NCBI GenBank assembly: GCA_965644265.1
Contig: OZ286461.1
Coordinates: 38,936,001 to 39,000,000, forward strand
Origin: Glycera tridactyla
Lineage: Eukaryota
Direction: 5' to 3'
Length of the DNA stretch: 64,000 nucleotides
In this document: positions 26,061 to 39,379 of the stretch, one piece after another
How the letters are laid out: the number at the start of each line of letters is the position of its first letter
Position numbering within the stretch: position 1 is the first letter of the stretch
Made by a program: the position numbers and the translations under genes
The notes under the pieces: model-generated
Database searches by the model: none
What the model saw: only the letters and a program-made list of their open reading frames with translations
What the model was told of the DNA's origin: nothing

Positions 26061-28383
26061 TATTCTTGTTGCGAGAATATTGTTGATGTTATACCTCTAC
26101 TCTCAATGCCCCTCACTCCAACTATACCCAAATAAATGTCATTGATCGCACCACCACCGTGGCAAAATGTTGGCTGACCCAAATAAAGAGTGGGCTTGAC
26201 TGCCACTCCCCTCTCGCTTTCCTAGAGACGCATGAAGCCCTATATCCTATCATCATGTTCATTAGAAAAAAGTACATATCCCAAGATTCGAGACAAATAA
26301 TTCTTCATTGAGTGAAGCTTTGTTGATATCATCGATCTCTCTAATATGTCCCTCATATAAATGAATTATGAGATGAAGGAAAACAAGAGCTCGATGTTCT
26401 GCTGCCCCGATTTTATCAATTCTTTTATATTCTTTTACATTCTATCAATGACAATATTCGATGAAAATTTTGAGATAAGAATTTGAGGATTTGGCTATGA
26501 TGGTGATGGCTGACTATCAAGAATGGAGTATTTCTCAATATTGCATACTCGAGACTCTGAAGTAAAGAAGAGCTGATAGTATGCATCTAAGTAAGAAGGC
26601 CATGGAAACATTCTCAGCAAAAAACAACAAGCATAGACTACCCCAACTCTGACGATGAATGACAAAATCAATGAAGTGGCAAATGATTGGTTGCACATAC
26701 ACAAGGAGAAGACGTTTTTCAACCAGCTACATTTTATATGTTAGCCTATTAAGCTTAATGCAGAAATCAGTCGATAATACTCGATAATTCTCCCATTCGT
26801 GTGAATTATGGCATCCTCCTAGCTCCTGATCAGGAGAAATATATTCCCCGATTCTCCCCGAGTGCCTGGCGGCCTTCAAACACATTAAATATTACCTGCA
26901 GCCTAACTAACTTTCTACGAGAATTGATCCACATGCAAGTGTCCTTGAATGGCTCAATCCTAGCTTCTGTCCAGAATGTACTCTTATTGAAAACCGATTC
27001 ATCATCATGATGACCATGAAATTCAGCAATCATCCCCTTGTCGATATCGACTGAACACTTTCAATGACTCGGCTGTCATATATATATTACGGAGATGCTC
27101 ATTGTGATGCATTTTAGTGAACATATATTCACACCAATCTTTACATATTAGGATAGAATACATCTTGCAAAATGACTTCTGGCAAATAGCATGCCCAAGA
27201 GAGTAGGATTAAGCCAACGTGAAGAGATCTGTCTTCTCAAATGACGTCGGCGTCTCAATTGTTGACTGACGGGTTATAATTCATGAAAGGCACTTGAACA
27301 CCAATTGGGGCAGAACTAGTTTTGATGCTTTTTCACCGAAATAACTAGCTGGTGAACCGGGCCCCTTGTGGCAGTGGCAGTATGATGGATGGGCCGCGAG
27401 GGCGGTCAAGGTAACTGAGGCAGGAGAAATCAGGCATGCCGCCTGGCCACTAAACAAAGGCTGACTCGGTGGGGTGTCACCTAGCACCCTAATCACAATA
27501 CAGCCAGATATTCTATGGGGACTTGCTTGTCTCGTCAGGCGCAATCTCAGCACCGGCCTGATGTCATTTATAGAAGCCATAACGGTCACAATTCATCACC
27601 ATTCCCACTGCAATGTTTCTGCCGTATGAGGCAAAGATAAAGCCAGTGCACGTATTCAATCCTGACATGATGTAGGGGACAGGTTGGGATGTTATCCGTC
27701 AAATGCTTGTCACAGATAATAGAGATCGGGAATTTTTTACAGAGAGATTCTGGACAAAAACAAAACTGGATATAGAAGGGAATCATACTGGCTGAGGCCC
27801 GACTAACTCGAGTTTTGAGCATTTGAGCAAATTCAGTAGGAATGACTGGGGGCCTGACCAATCCTGAAACACTGTTGGTGGCAACGCTTCTAATTAGGTC
27901 TGTTCTTACGAAATAATTTGCACTCTGAACCAGGGTTAAGATGAATGAATTATGCTGAAATGTACTCAAGTGAGCTGTCTAATTTGATTAGATCCATTGA
28001 GATATTCATGAGTCAGGGGGCAGTTTGATAATTGACAGCTGAGAAGCATAAACTCATCTCAGATCCAATTTAAAGGACTTGATCTGGATCAAATTGGCAT
28101 TTGAGATTGATAAGTGATAGATACTCTGTCAAACAACGTGACAAATGTCCCAAAGGCACCAAATGCTTCCATCTCAAGCCCAACCAATATTATCATACGA
28201 GGATTCTTCCGTCTTGTTGTTCAATTTTCTCACTTGCTTCCCATTGTTCTCTGAGCCAGTGTACTTCGATGAATTCAACAACACATTTATAACAGAATAT
28301 CATTCTTTTAGTCCGCGCCTGATGCCTCATGGATCGATACACTCTTGTGAGCTATCATCACGCCCATCCGCATTCATTTCACA

Positions 28384-28387
28384 CACT

Positions 28388-28437
<50 letters not shown>

Positions 28438-28674
28438 ACAGACATACACAAATATCACACATACACTCACATAAGGCGGTACATCATGGCCAGCTCTCAA
28501 CCAATTTCCGTTATTGCTATTACTGCTGCTGCCATTGCTGCTACTGCTGCATGGTCTCAATGCCAATAATTTTCATTCCACTATACACTTCAAAGTTCTG
28601 CGTGTATTGTGAGCCAGTACGATATACAATGTATTACCTGCGGATGTCGAAGGGTCATCGTCTAACACTATATG
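28384..28674 (+). repeat. (CA)n-containing repeat, copy 1
   Basis: (CA)~20 at 28392-28431 followed by ~240 bp that aligns to 30163-30344; this copy has ~80 extra bp. Confidence 0.85.
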
Positions 28675-30093
28675 AAATATCATCCCGTCCACCGATCATG
28701 AGATCAGCAGTCCGATTGTGAAGATTCAGAATGAGCATCCATCATGTGAATGCCATGCTGGTTAAGAGGCTATTCGTGCAGTCATCATTTTCATGAGTTT
28801 CAGCATTGTCCCATCTCATCAAAAGTCCTTCAGATAAGGTTGGTGTGTCATTGGAATCTCACGTGATTGGGCGAATTAATAGCCGCACAAAATGCATTTC
28901 ACCAAATGAGAATAGTTTGTCCAGTTGAAACATTCAGAGTGCCTTTGTGTCGCCAGGTTGATGGGCTGAGTGTCTATTCTTGGACCTTCTCATATTTTTC
29001 CCTTCAATTCTCTTCACCATCTTCTGCTCGGCTTTGCTTTGAGATAGACTGCACAGTTATATACTACAGATCCTATGAAATTGTTTGTTAAATAGATCAT
29101 ACATCCTGATACTCATAATTGCAAAAAATATTTGTCCATCTCCTCATCACCCATCCCGATATCCCACCCCAACCACCCATATATGGCCCAATCTATGTGC
29201 ATTTTCGGATTATAGTTTTTATTTGAGTAACTTTTTCGGCACTGTAGAAGCTAGGAAAAACTTTAATTGTGTTGCTTGTTATGGCGAAACAGAATGAGGT
29301 TTGTACAATACAATACAATGTGGATTTGTTCCACAATATCCATCCAGTGTTTTACCCTTCCAGTAGGGAGGCATCATTTCCATTATTGCATACGCGGATG
29401 TCCTTCATCTTGGAAGTTTTAGAGGTGGTACAAACATACCTCTAGCAAGATGGCATGGTGAGCACCACGAACAGGGGGAATCGTGATGACGACCCCTAGC
29501 AACTGAGTTACCCTGAACATGCGCAACTGTTAGCAGATAGAGATGAGCATTGCAACCAGTGAAAATCTCACACGTCAGGAGTTTGGGAGCTGAGATTGGT
29601 TTGGTTTGGTTTGGTTTGGTTGACTGTTTTGACTGATCTCAGTCCAGTACCTCTGTCAGAGCCTGAAGGTTCTGATCTTCCCAGTGCTGCTGTTAGCTAT
29701 TTATGGGTGACAGGTCTAATCTTGGCAAGGCGCAACCCTCTGCTTGTGATTTAATTTTGAACCTCCTCTCTTGTGCCTGCATGTGTGTGTGTGTGTATGC
29801 TGAGGAGGGGTATTGGTGTAGCTGGTTTTTGTAGTCACTTATTATAGTGCCACTGCTAATGTAGGACCATTGTTTTCAGATCCCAGATAGGCACTCACAC
29901 CATCACCCAGCCCTGGTGGTGTGTAGCTCATGCCTCTTTCTGTGTTTTGAGCTCAACACTGGGGGGGGGGGGGCAGACCACATGTGTAGTCTGTGACTAT
30001 TAGTGTAGTGTATGGTCCACCCATACTAGTCCCACGACTACCAGCAGCCACAGCTGTTCTACATTTGGGTCAAGTGTGAAGACGCTACTACTA

Positions 30094-30099
30094 CACTAT

Positions 30100-30167
<68 letters not shown>

Positions 30168-30344
30168 ACACTCACATGGATATACACAAATATCACACAT
30201 ACACCCACACACAAGGTGGTACATCATCACCAGCTCTCAACCAATTTCCGTTATTCACTTCAAGGTTTTGCGTGTATTGTGAGCCGGTACAAAGTGCAAT
30301 GTATTACCTGTGGATGTCGAAGGGTCATCGTCTAACACTGTATG
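30094..30344 (+). repeat. (CA)n-containing repeat, copy 2
   Basis: (CA)~30 at 30101-30162. Shares CCAGCTCTCAACCAATTTCCGTTA and GGATGTCGAAGGGTCATCGTCTAACACT with copy 1. Confidence 0.85.
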
Positions 30345-30429
30345 CCAGTATGTCCTTCATTGGATGGGAGTCTTCTTATGGTGAGAACATTGTACTAAAG
30401 CCTTCTAAGTGAAACACCAGACGGCAGGG

Positions 30430-30620
30430 CATGGTCTCAAAATGGTTTCCGGACAATAACTTCAAAAGTTCGAAGATTAGCCCTCTCAAACTTGGTGTAC
30501 AGACCTTCCCAGGTTATAGCAATGCATCTGACTATTTGGGGGCAGCCAAGGTCACTGAGTGCAAAAAGATCAAATTAGCTTCTCATACTCAATTGGGTGG
30601 ATGTGTTGGTGATTTGCAGC
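30430..30620 (+). mobile_element. HINE-like repeat fragment
   Basis: TTTCCGGACAATAACTT...AAACTTGGT...AAGGTCAC motifs typical of the same non-autonomous repeat class. Confidence 0.35.
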
Positions 30621-31371
30621 AAGAAAATCAGCCTGGTGAGATCTTCTTTCTATGATCTAATGATATATTGATTCATGCAAATTGTGAAAGAGAATGATAA
30701 GGAAAATCCATGGATGTGTGGATGACATATAAAGGAATCGCCATAGAAAATCTACATTTTATCAATTTTCTCAAGATTCGGAATTTTTTCTGCAAAATCT
30801 AGGCTGATGACATGGGTATTTTTGGCTTTCATTCAAAACAAGACATCATTTTTTCAACTTTTGAGAGAAAAGATTAGGGAAATTCTTGGGTAAATCATAG
30901 GTCACCCTGATTGATTGAAACTTCTTTATTTTTGTTCGTCAACAACAAAACAATAATATACAAAATCAAATCAAATAAACAATATACAATACTCCAAACA
31001 TATTCTCATTATTGTTTTGCATAGAGCATAGATGCTCCAGTACTGGAGCGTTTCCGGCCCGACGAAAATTGTTTTTACTATACTAATCCGTGTTTGATGA
31101 TATTGATGATCGATGTGATGAAATGAAATCAAATGAAATGAAGTAGGCTGATGGCAAAATACTGTTTGATGGGCCAGCTTTGAATATAGATATGCAAACC
31201 ATGAAAATAAAATTTCAATGTCCTGTAGATACCAAATAAACTTTCAAGTTAGAATATTTGTATCCTGTTACTTCTTAGAGAGAGAAGGAAATCAGGAGAT
31301 CATGACCTGAGAATTGCGGGGGGGGGGGGGGCAGAGCGGGCGGGGGGGGGGGGGGGGGAATCCCTTCGCTT

Positions 31372-32325
31372 TCACAAATGTGAAAATTGTTTAATTTTCT
31401 CTTTAAATATAGTTGTTTCGCAATATTTGAAATCTGAAATTTCCTCTACACAATCATTCCACACTTTAGCCCCACGAAAGCGAAAGGATCCCTCACATTG
31501 TTTCAGTCGAGGATACCTGATAGACAACAACGGCTTAACTTGGTGTCTGGTTGGGTAGTCATGACAGGCTACAGCAAACTCGCATAGGGGCGTATACTGT
31601 GGGTGAATTTCACCATTTAGAATCTTATCAATATGTATAAGTAGGTGATTATTTCTACGACAATCCAGAAATGGCATGCTCAAAGACTGATGCATTATCC
31701 TAGTTGGAGTGTAAATATCCATTTTAAGTATTATCCTCAATGCGCGATTTTGGACTCGTTGCAGTTTTGTCACGTCTGCCACACCAAGATTGTCGTAGAC
31801 TATATCACAGTAATCGAAAATTGGAAGGATGAGTGCCCCATACAGCATCAGGGTCAGATTTTGACTTAGAATACACCTGAGTCTGCCGAGGACACCCACC
31901 CTTCCAACTGTTTGATTTCGAATATATTCAGCATGAGCAGAAAAATTTAGACAGCTGTCAAGAATTACCCCCAAATATTTGAAGGTATCAACTCTTTCTA
32001 TATGATGACCATGGAAAGACACTGCAAATTTATTTTTCTTAACTTGTAGAAGTAGTAAAATGCCATGGTCCACCGTATCAAAAGCCTCCTTCAGATGCAG
32101 GAAGAGGACTCCACTGGCACAACCGTCTTCAATATTACAATATATTTTATCTAAAAATTCAAGTAGACATGTACCAGTGGAGCACCCCTCCCTGAAACCA
32201 GATTGCGCTCGACACAGTAGACCATGACCTTCAAAGAAAGTGGAAATCTGTTGATGCACCAATTTCTCAAGTATTTTACTCGTACTGCTGAGCAAACTGA
32301 TTGGCCGGTCATAGCTGCCACACAA
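31372..32325 (-). pseudogene. CR1/L2-clade non-LTR retrotransposon ORF2 (reverse transcriptase) fragment, 5'-truncated, catalytic core deleted
   Basis: 317-aa ORF with RPISLL..SKILEK, QSGFR, L..AFDTVDHGIL, KYLGVILD..L.F..H, PIFDYCD, LQRVQNRALR, F.FRGAKVWN. The QG and YADD segments normally found between DTVDH and KYLG are absent. Confidence 0.9.
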
Positions 32326-32584
32326 TCACACAATACCTTCCAACTCAAACAAGACTCGCTATGTATTGACCGAATAAATTCACGGGATTTCAGTTTATCT
32401 GCGAATTCACAGGAGGATTTTGGTATTAGAGCCATGAATATCACACATTCAAAGCATACCTGTGAACTCAACGAAGCTTAGCAAACTTTGAGTCTTGGCT
32501 TCTGCGCCATCACACTTCACTCAATCGAGGCCCGTTGAGTTGACATGCTCGAGTGATTGGTGGTAGTAGGGGTGAATATAGGGA

Positions 32585-32586
<2 letters not shown>

Positions 32587-32672
<86 letters not shown>
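32587..32672. repeat. (GAT)28 microsatellite
   Basis: Perfect trinucleotide run. Confidence 0.98.
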
Positions 32673-32673
<1 letters not shown>

Positions 32674-32765
32674 GTTGGGAGTGATATGAGAACCGAAAAT
32701 TTGGACAAGGATGAGCCGACTGTCCATACATTTGATAGGATCCAATATAACGTGATGCCATGTTT

Positions 32766-32779
32766 GTCTCGTTAGCAAC
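32766..32779. promoter_or_regulatory. Candidate RFX X-box
   Basis: GTCTCGTTAGCAAC resembles the X-box consensus. On the minus strand it is followed directly by AAACATGGC. Motif match only. Confidence 0.25.
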
Positions 32780-33719
32780 GCTGAAGACGCCAACAGAGGC
32801 CGTCAAGGCCTACTCTCAAGTCACCTTTTGGACAATAGCTGACCGACTTTGATTATGAAGTGGAGGAGTAAGAGGGACCATTCGTCGCTTATTCATGTGC
32901 AGTCCTCCTCAGGGAGGCTGGAGATAGACATGCAACACCACTTGAAGTCCCTATCACCCCTACCAATGATGGGAGTGTGCAGCTGGCCTGTATGATATAT
33001 CACAGTCATGTATGAAGTTTGGTTTGGTATAAATAATGACCTTCGGGAACATCAATGGACGATGGAGTGAATGCCAGTTTGAGATGGATGACTGTAAGTA
33101 AACGAAGCTAACGAAGTCGCTGCTCATATGGTGAATGATGGTGAGGATAGTGATGTCTGAAAGATGAAGTTGCGTCAGAGATGATTATATTGCAGGCCAT
33201 CTTCTCATCCATTCAAAAAAACTGACCGTATTCTGAATATATTGAGGTTAATTTACCATGTTCTTATCATGTTATAAAATTGGACAGAATTCCATTGAAG
33301 GATGGTTGTTCATGAATACAATGGTAAATGCTACCATGCTCAACATGGCAACCCAACTACCAGGCAGAAATAAATCACCGCGCAATTCCGGAGTTAGAAG
33401 TTACATTCTCGCATATCGCCTGGAATCTGATACATATCGATGAGATATTATTGGTCTGATCTCAACGGATCATGAAAATGACATAATCTACGGACTCTGA
33501 TCACACTGCTTCGAGAGGTCTCACTGAAGTTTCTGCCATTTCGAGTAGCTGTATGGTAATCTTCGCACACAGTAGTGACATCAGTCACCCCCCCCCCCTC
33601 CGTTCTGCTTCCCACCTTGAACCTACATTTGGCGATCAGAGGAGGCCAACATTCTGCAGAGCCATGTAACCATCGGTGGCATTGACATGGCACCCTTCCC
33701 TTCCGTCTCTGGGCGACAC

Positions 33720-34260
33720 AGCGGCAAACCCGAATTGACTGTTCCGGTTTTGATTACGACTACATTTAATTGGATCTGACAAATCTCTTATTGTTGCCAT
33801 GATGCTCGATATATGTGAAAACGATCCTGCTTGTGTAGGTCATTCATGCAATCATTAATGATAATCCACAACTCATCAATCAGTGCTCCATCTCAAGTTC
33901 ACATTATTCGCTGGCGAACTCAACTGGGTTCCTTTGACAAATATTATGACGTATAGTGAATGTGAATCGATAAAGTTATATAATTTGATTAAGTGTTGTG
34001 CACATCAGAAAAGATTTATTATGTTGGCAGGATGATAATCCTTGTATTGGGAGCTCATTGTCGAATATACACCAGGACGAAAGAGGATATATAACATTTG
34101 CTTACATCACATGAAGATATGCCACTATTCAGTGAATGAGCCGCGTCAATATACCCATTCTGCCATTCAGCTGTGGCATGTCCTAGCTTCAGTAAAGCCG
34201 GTAGGGATCAGATAAGAGACACTCAATGGAAGCTAGGTGAATGCCCTGCAGTCTTTTGAT
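33720..34260 (+). mobile_element. Heavily decayed CR1/L2-type LINE fragment
   Basis: Frameshifted remnants resembling PxFDY (~33745) and ELNWVPL (~33915), and a weak ..NAL-type motif (~34240). Confidence 0.35.
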
Positions 34261-37200
34261 ATATGATATCTATTTAGGGGATTGATATTCATCATATGCT
34301 CAGTACTTTCTGTGTGATTTTATAGCGCTTCATTTAATGCCATGACGTATTCGTCGGGCACTTGATCTCAATGGGGATGTGATTCTATATAGCAATGCAC
34401 GTCATCCACCCGCTCGGTCGTGGAAAAATATGCATTTGAATGGAATCTTCGTTCATATCGATGAACAGTTGTCACATACGCCCGCTATCTGATTAATGTA
34501 CCTTTTTCTGGCTAATATCGAAGCCATGACAGATATCGTTCTAAATCTTGTGAATTCACATCTGGTCGAATCAACTATGCTTTTGGCTGAGATAAATTCA
34601 TTATGAGTGTCTTGTACAAATGATCGAGTGATGACATTTCTGGTTTGCGGGATGCTGAGAATGGCCGTCTCGCAGAAAACGAATATCACCATTGGATAAG
34701 TAAATCCATCATGGACCAAATTCTCTGTCCATGCCTCTTTCCTGGATGAGTCCAATGCATATCTCTTTACATTCTCTACATCATGCCCGATATTAGCCTG
34801 TTGCTCCAAGTTGTGAGAAGGAATTTGCTGTCGGAGACGTGGGCCATGAATGTGACTATCATGATCTTGAAAACTGATTTTTAATCAGCGAAACCCTGTA
34901 GAGGTATAGTGCTCGTAAGACAGGTGTTGGCTCTATATATATGGAATATGAAGGCATTCGGGCAGTTCCTGTATTTCATCGCGACATATGAACAAGTTGC
35001 ATAACAGCATAGTGAATGCGGGAAGAAATGCAGCGAGATGCAGTTCAGAATGTGGTTGGATCCGCTATGATCCAGACCGCAATAGCATGGCTCAGCTTTT
35101 TCCTTGCCTTGGAGTGACGATCGTGACACAGCATGAAGGGGTCTTAGCCATCTTACCTATGACGAGACCATGTATGCTCTATCGGCCGCCTATCGCTGTT
35201 TTAAATGAGAAAGGTGTGTGATACTAGTAGTGAATACCCAGCAGATGATGAGGCTCTCCGGTGGACGAGATTGACCATCGACCCTAATTACACTGAACTA
35301 GTATTTGAATAGTATTTATGCGAATAGCCCAGTTGGTTCATTCGATGTTTTTTTTTTAGATTTCTATTCAGGTGTATACTAATATGGGAAGTACAAATAC
35401 TATATTGTCCTCATACGAGTTCCCAATACATACAAGTCAATATTCACATGACACCTGAGAGCGCATGTTAGTATGGAACAGAACGTAGAACAGAACATAG
35501 AATAACATGTATTAAGTTTGTTTAGAAAAAGAAAATTTAAAAATCTAAAATAAGACAACAGAATAGCCCAGCAGTATATGAATTTCCGGGTAGCATCACT
35601 CAAGATTGACCAGACAACTCCAACTAAGACATCCACATGGATCCCGAGAGGGGCCATCCTACAACATTACAATATTATAATATTACAATATTACAGTGAA
35701 CGTAGAGCTATAATGTCCAATGTCTATATTGATTTGTGTATATCACTCTATATTGATAGCTGTAGATATATAAAGGTGAATATATGTTCAACGACATGTA
35801 TCAACCCAAAGGATTATGCATGCCGTGTTCCCTGGTCCATAAAAGCTAGAATTTCTCTCGCCTGCAGACATCACTCTCATAAACCTGAACAAAATGATTA
35901 GGAACCTAAGAGGTTGTCAAGAGAGTGTAGCTTTGGGACTAGTAAACCTCAAAGTGCATTACAAATTGAGCATGTTTGATGCTCAAAGATATCGGGATCT
36001 CATGTAATTGGTGATTGTTAAAGCTACAAAACTTCTTTAAATGTTAATATGTCAGTAATATTCAATTTGTATACTCACACGAAATGCTGCACATATTGTA
36101 AAGAAAGTCTGGAGTGTTGAATTGACTGCTCATTTGTTTTACGTCTCGTGAGAACTATTTTGCCTATATCGACATTCCCAAGCAATTGGCATTAGTTTGG
36201 ATCAACCAAGACTGTGAAGAAAAGCGATAGCCATGAAATTCACTGATACCAGAGGTGTCATTTCTGACTTGGGCTAAGCAATAAGTATGTATCAATTACA
36301 ATTCGTCGCTTGGCTCAATTGGAATTGGGGTGATAGTCGCGCAGAGTGGATCAAAAGCATCAGTCTCTACAGGGAATGTTTGTCTCATATTGATCGTCGA
36401 CTGGGTCTCATTTCAACTGCATGCTGATATGCCATTCTAACTGGACCTCGGACATGTCATCACAAGGCAGATTGCCCCAATTTCGCAAGTGAAGCTGTTA
36501 GAATTCTAGCGTGAACTGGACATAACAAGTCGGCAGATAAAGAGCTATTATCTTTATATTAGATGCCTTTTGACCACTTTGAACCAGTTTTCTGGGCACG
36601 CGAATGAAAAATACATTATTCAGAATGTAGAAATATATCATGATTGGACAAAGTGAATATTCAATCCGAACGAGTTGACGGATAACCCTGTAGATGCTGA
36701 TATTAAACATACACGAAGATGTAACAGACAATAATGGTTGCCTACTGTTTTCAATGACTCGACATATTTTTCTCAGTATATCTGAAGATGGAATTCACCA
36801 CGGCCGAAAACAGGCTGTGTTGAACATTGAGACCAATTTGAGTATAGCACATATCCAGTGCCTGTATTATAATTCAGAACTTATAAATTCATTATCACGC
36901 CCAAAACCGAATATGACATGAAAAATCTCTCGACTCAATGGATGGAACTTATGGAATGGAGATTGGTGAAATATACCTCATATCAGGAATGGATATTGTG
37001 ATGTATTACTTTGGCGGAGTCATAATTAGATTGACAAAAATGCTTGATTAAGATTGCTTGTCAGCAGCACATGGTGGTATCTCGTGCTTCAAGTCAATGA
37101 ACGCAAAATTGAAAATTCAGACCCAATCTGCGATTCACGTCACAAGTTGTGGCATTAGACTCAGCAAGTGTGGGATGGATAGGCGACATTTGATGGAAGC

Positions 37201-38759
37201 CAAGTGAACTGATGTCACTCCAACGTAGCCGTGATAACACAAAATAGTTTACTTGTTGATGAATGTGGTGAATGGACAGGACAAGTGGAATAATGATAAT
37301 ATTGTTACAAGATTCAGATCACTTAAAATCCATAGTAATCAAATATATGCCAGTTTTGAGAGATTGCCGTGCGACCATTTGATGGTGCTGTCAATAGTAC
37401 ATGGCCTGTGTATTCTACCAAACAAATGCACATACCATACTCACGCATAGACATCGCATGTTCACTCTCACCTGGATTTGCATGGACAAGTTAGGACTTT
37501 TACCAGGATGCTTCATCATGGAAAAAAACTAAGATAAAAGTATGATCTCAAAATGTGGCCATCCAAGATGAAAGCTGACAGACAACTTCACGAGTACAAA
37601 AGGATCACTATCACTCATTACACCTATCCATTGGCAGTAAACCAGTAAACCTGGAAAGCCAACTCAAACTGTATATCGTTGAATGTCTTCAGTTCCCGTT
37701 CCTCGGCAGCACGTTATGCACACATGCCGCTAAACAAATGCTAGGTTCAATGCTCTTCATAGCAATCTCCATGATGGCTCCGAGTCAGATCAATCATGTT
37801 GTCTGTGGACAAATTACCACACCGTAGCACTGCATTAACTGAAACCCCAATGTTCAGGTGCCTTTTTTCAGCCAGAATCAACAGCAAATTGGTACAAACT
37901 GCAGCCAATTCTGATGGAATGGACACCCCGAGAAAGATGCAAGCAGCGATTATTGGCTGCTCATTTCCTGTGGTACCATATGATCTGTTCTATTTGAGTG
38001 CCGTCCAAGACCACCAAGACTGAATGATTGGTCACTGCTCTAACAATAATCAGATGGTATATTTCGCTACAAGTTAGAAACTCTCCAAGAGAATAGGTAC
38101 TTTCCATCGCTATGTTTTCCTTATAGCAAGCACAGACAGCGTAGCACTACTTTGGTGAAATGGATCCAAGGTCAATCACAATATATGATGTCCATCCCAG
38201 TCACGATAACTTCTATTATTAGACTGCATCCCAGAGGGCAAACCACTGACAGAGCCGAATAAATACAGACATGTCCCATATAGTGTATTTCATAGGCATG
38301 TGCTTGATTGCCACCGACCGAAAGAGCGAACCCTGTTCATGAGGTCCAACAGCAAATCGTTGTTGGTATACATGATAACTGAATCTTATTGTGATTGGAG
38401 TGCATTGGAGCAATGTATTCACAAGTCAGAAATGTCACTATAATACATGAGTTCGTTTCGTATCTGGATATCTAATCATGTATATTTCAAACCAGGAATA
38501 TGCCAAAATGCTTTAGTGAGGCACATCGGTGGCCTGTGCATTTATGAGACGATCAGCTTTAGAAGTAGAGGCGAACCTGTGCAGACCTGTATATGGATAA
38601 CTGAATAGAATAAATGAATCAATACCTGATGGTGAAAGTGTGAAGGCCTGGAGAAATTCTCTTTCAGAAATCTAATGGTTCCCTAGAAGATATATATATA
38701 TATATCATCGGATATTACCTTCTGTGGAAAATGAGCAGAAGATACGATTGAGAATCTAT

Positions 38760-38836
38760 GCTCGAGCATCGCGTGTTCGACGATGCTAATCAGAGGAAGG
38801 AAGAAGCTCCGCCCCTCTGATCTATAGATCACGAGC
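38760..38836. other. Compact inverted-repeat cluster (potential three-way junction)
   Basis: GCTCG/CGAGC, AGCATCG/CGATGCT and ATCAGAGG/CCTCTGAT stems. Confidence 0.4.
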
Positions 38837-39379
38837 AATGGGCTGGTTCTTCCGCTTGACTAGGCTGGATGAATTCGGAACGGTACCCATTCTATGTTAG
38901 CCCCAGAGCAATATTCTCCATATGAAGTCTGGATAAAGCAGCTGTTCCACTTTCAACCAAATCACAACGCTTCCGCCATTCAATGAATTTGCTCGAACTA
39001 GGGGAGCATCTACCGGAACCCTGAGTGAATATTTTCGTTTGCCAGCAGATGTCACGCAACTTATTTAGGCCGTTTTCATTTAGAATTTGCGTCGCACATT
39101 GTCTTATGGCATGGTCGCTACATCTATACTGGCGAATTCACTGTTATTCGAGCATTGACACCAACTTTCCAATTACCTGGAATACAATGTTATTATGATG
39201 CCGACTTACATTTGACCCCAATTCATCTACACATATATCCATGCTCTTTGAGAAAGCCCAAATATCAAACGCCCTCGTTCGTACGTGTTCGCGTCAATAA
39301 ATTGCTCCTCATGTGGTCCATCTTAAAATCCAACATTAGAGGCGTCCGGAGGTCCTTGTAAGGTTGCCTCAGGGGTAAT

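Noticed and set aside
29598-29625. (TTGGT)5 as a telomeric repeat
   Set aside because: Too short, interstitial, and not a canonical TTAGGG or TTAGG unit.
32510-32806. Poly-His, poly-Asp, poly-Ser and poly-Ile ORFs
   Set aside because: Translations of the (GAT)n microsatellite.
36781-36815. Penelope-type minimal hammerhead (CTGAAGATGG..CGAAA)
   Set aside because: Extra bases between stem II and GAAA, and no credible stems I or III.
36300-37500. RTE-like LINE remnant
   Set aside because: Only isolated weak motif hints; too decayed to support by eye.
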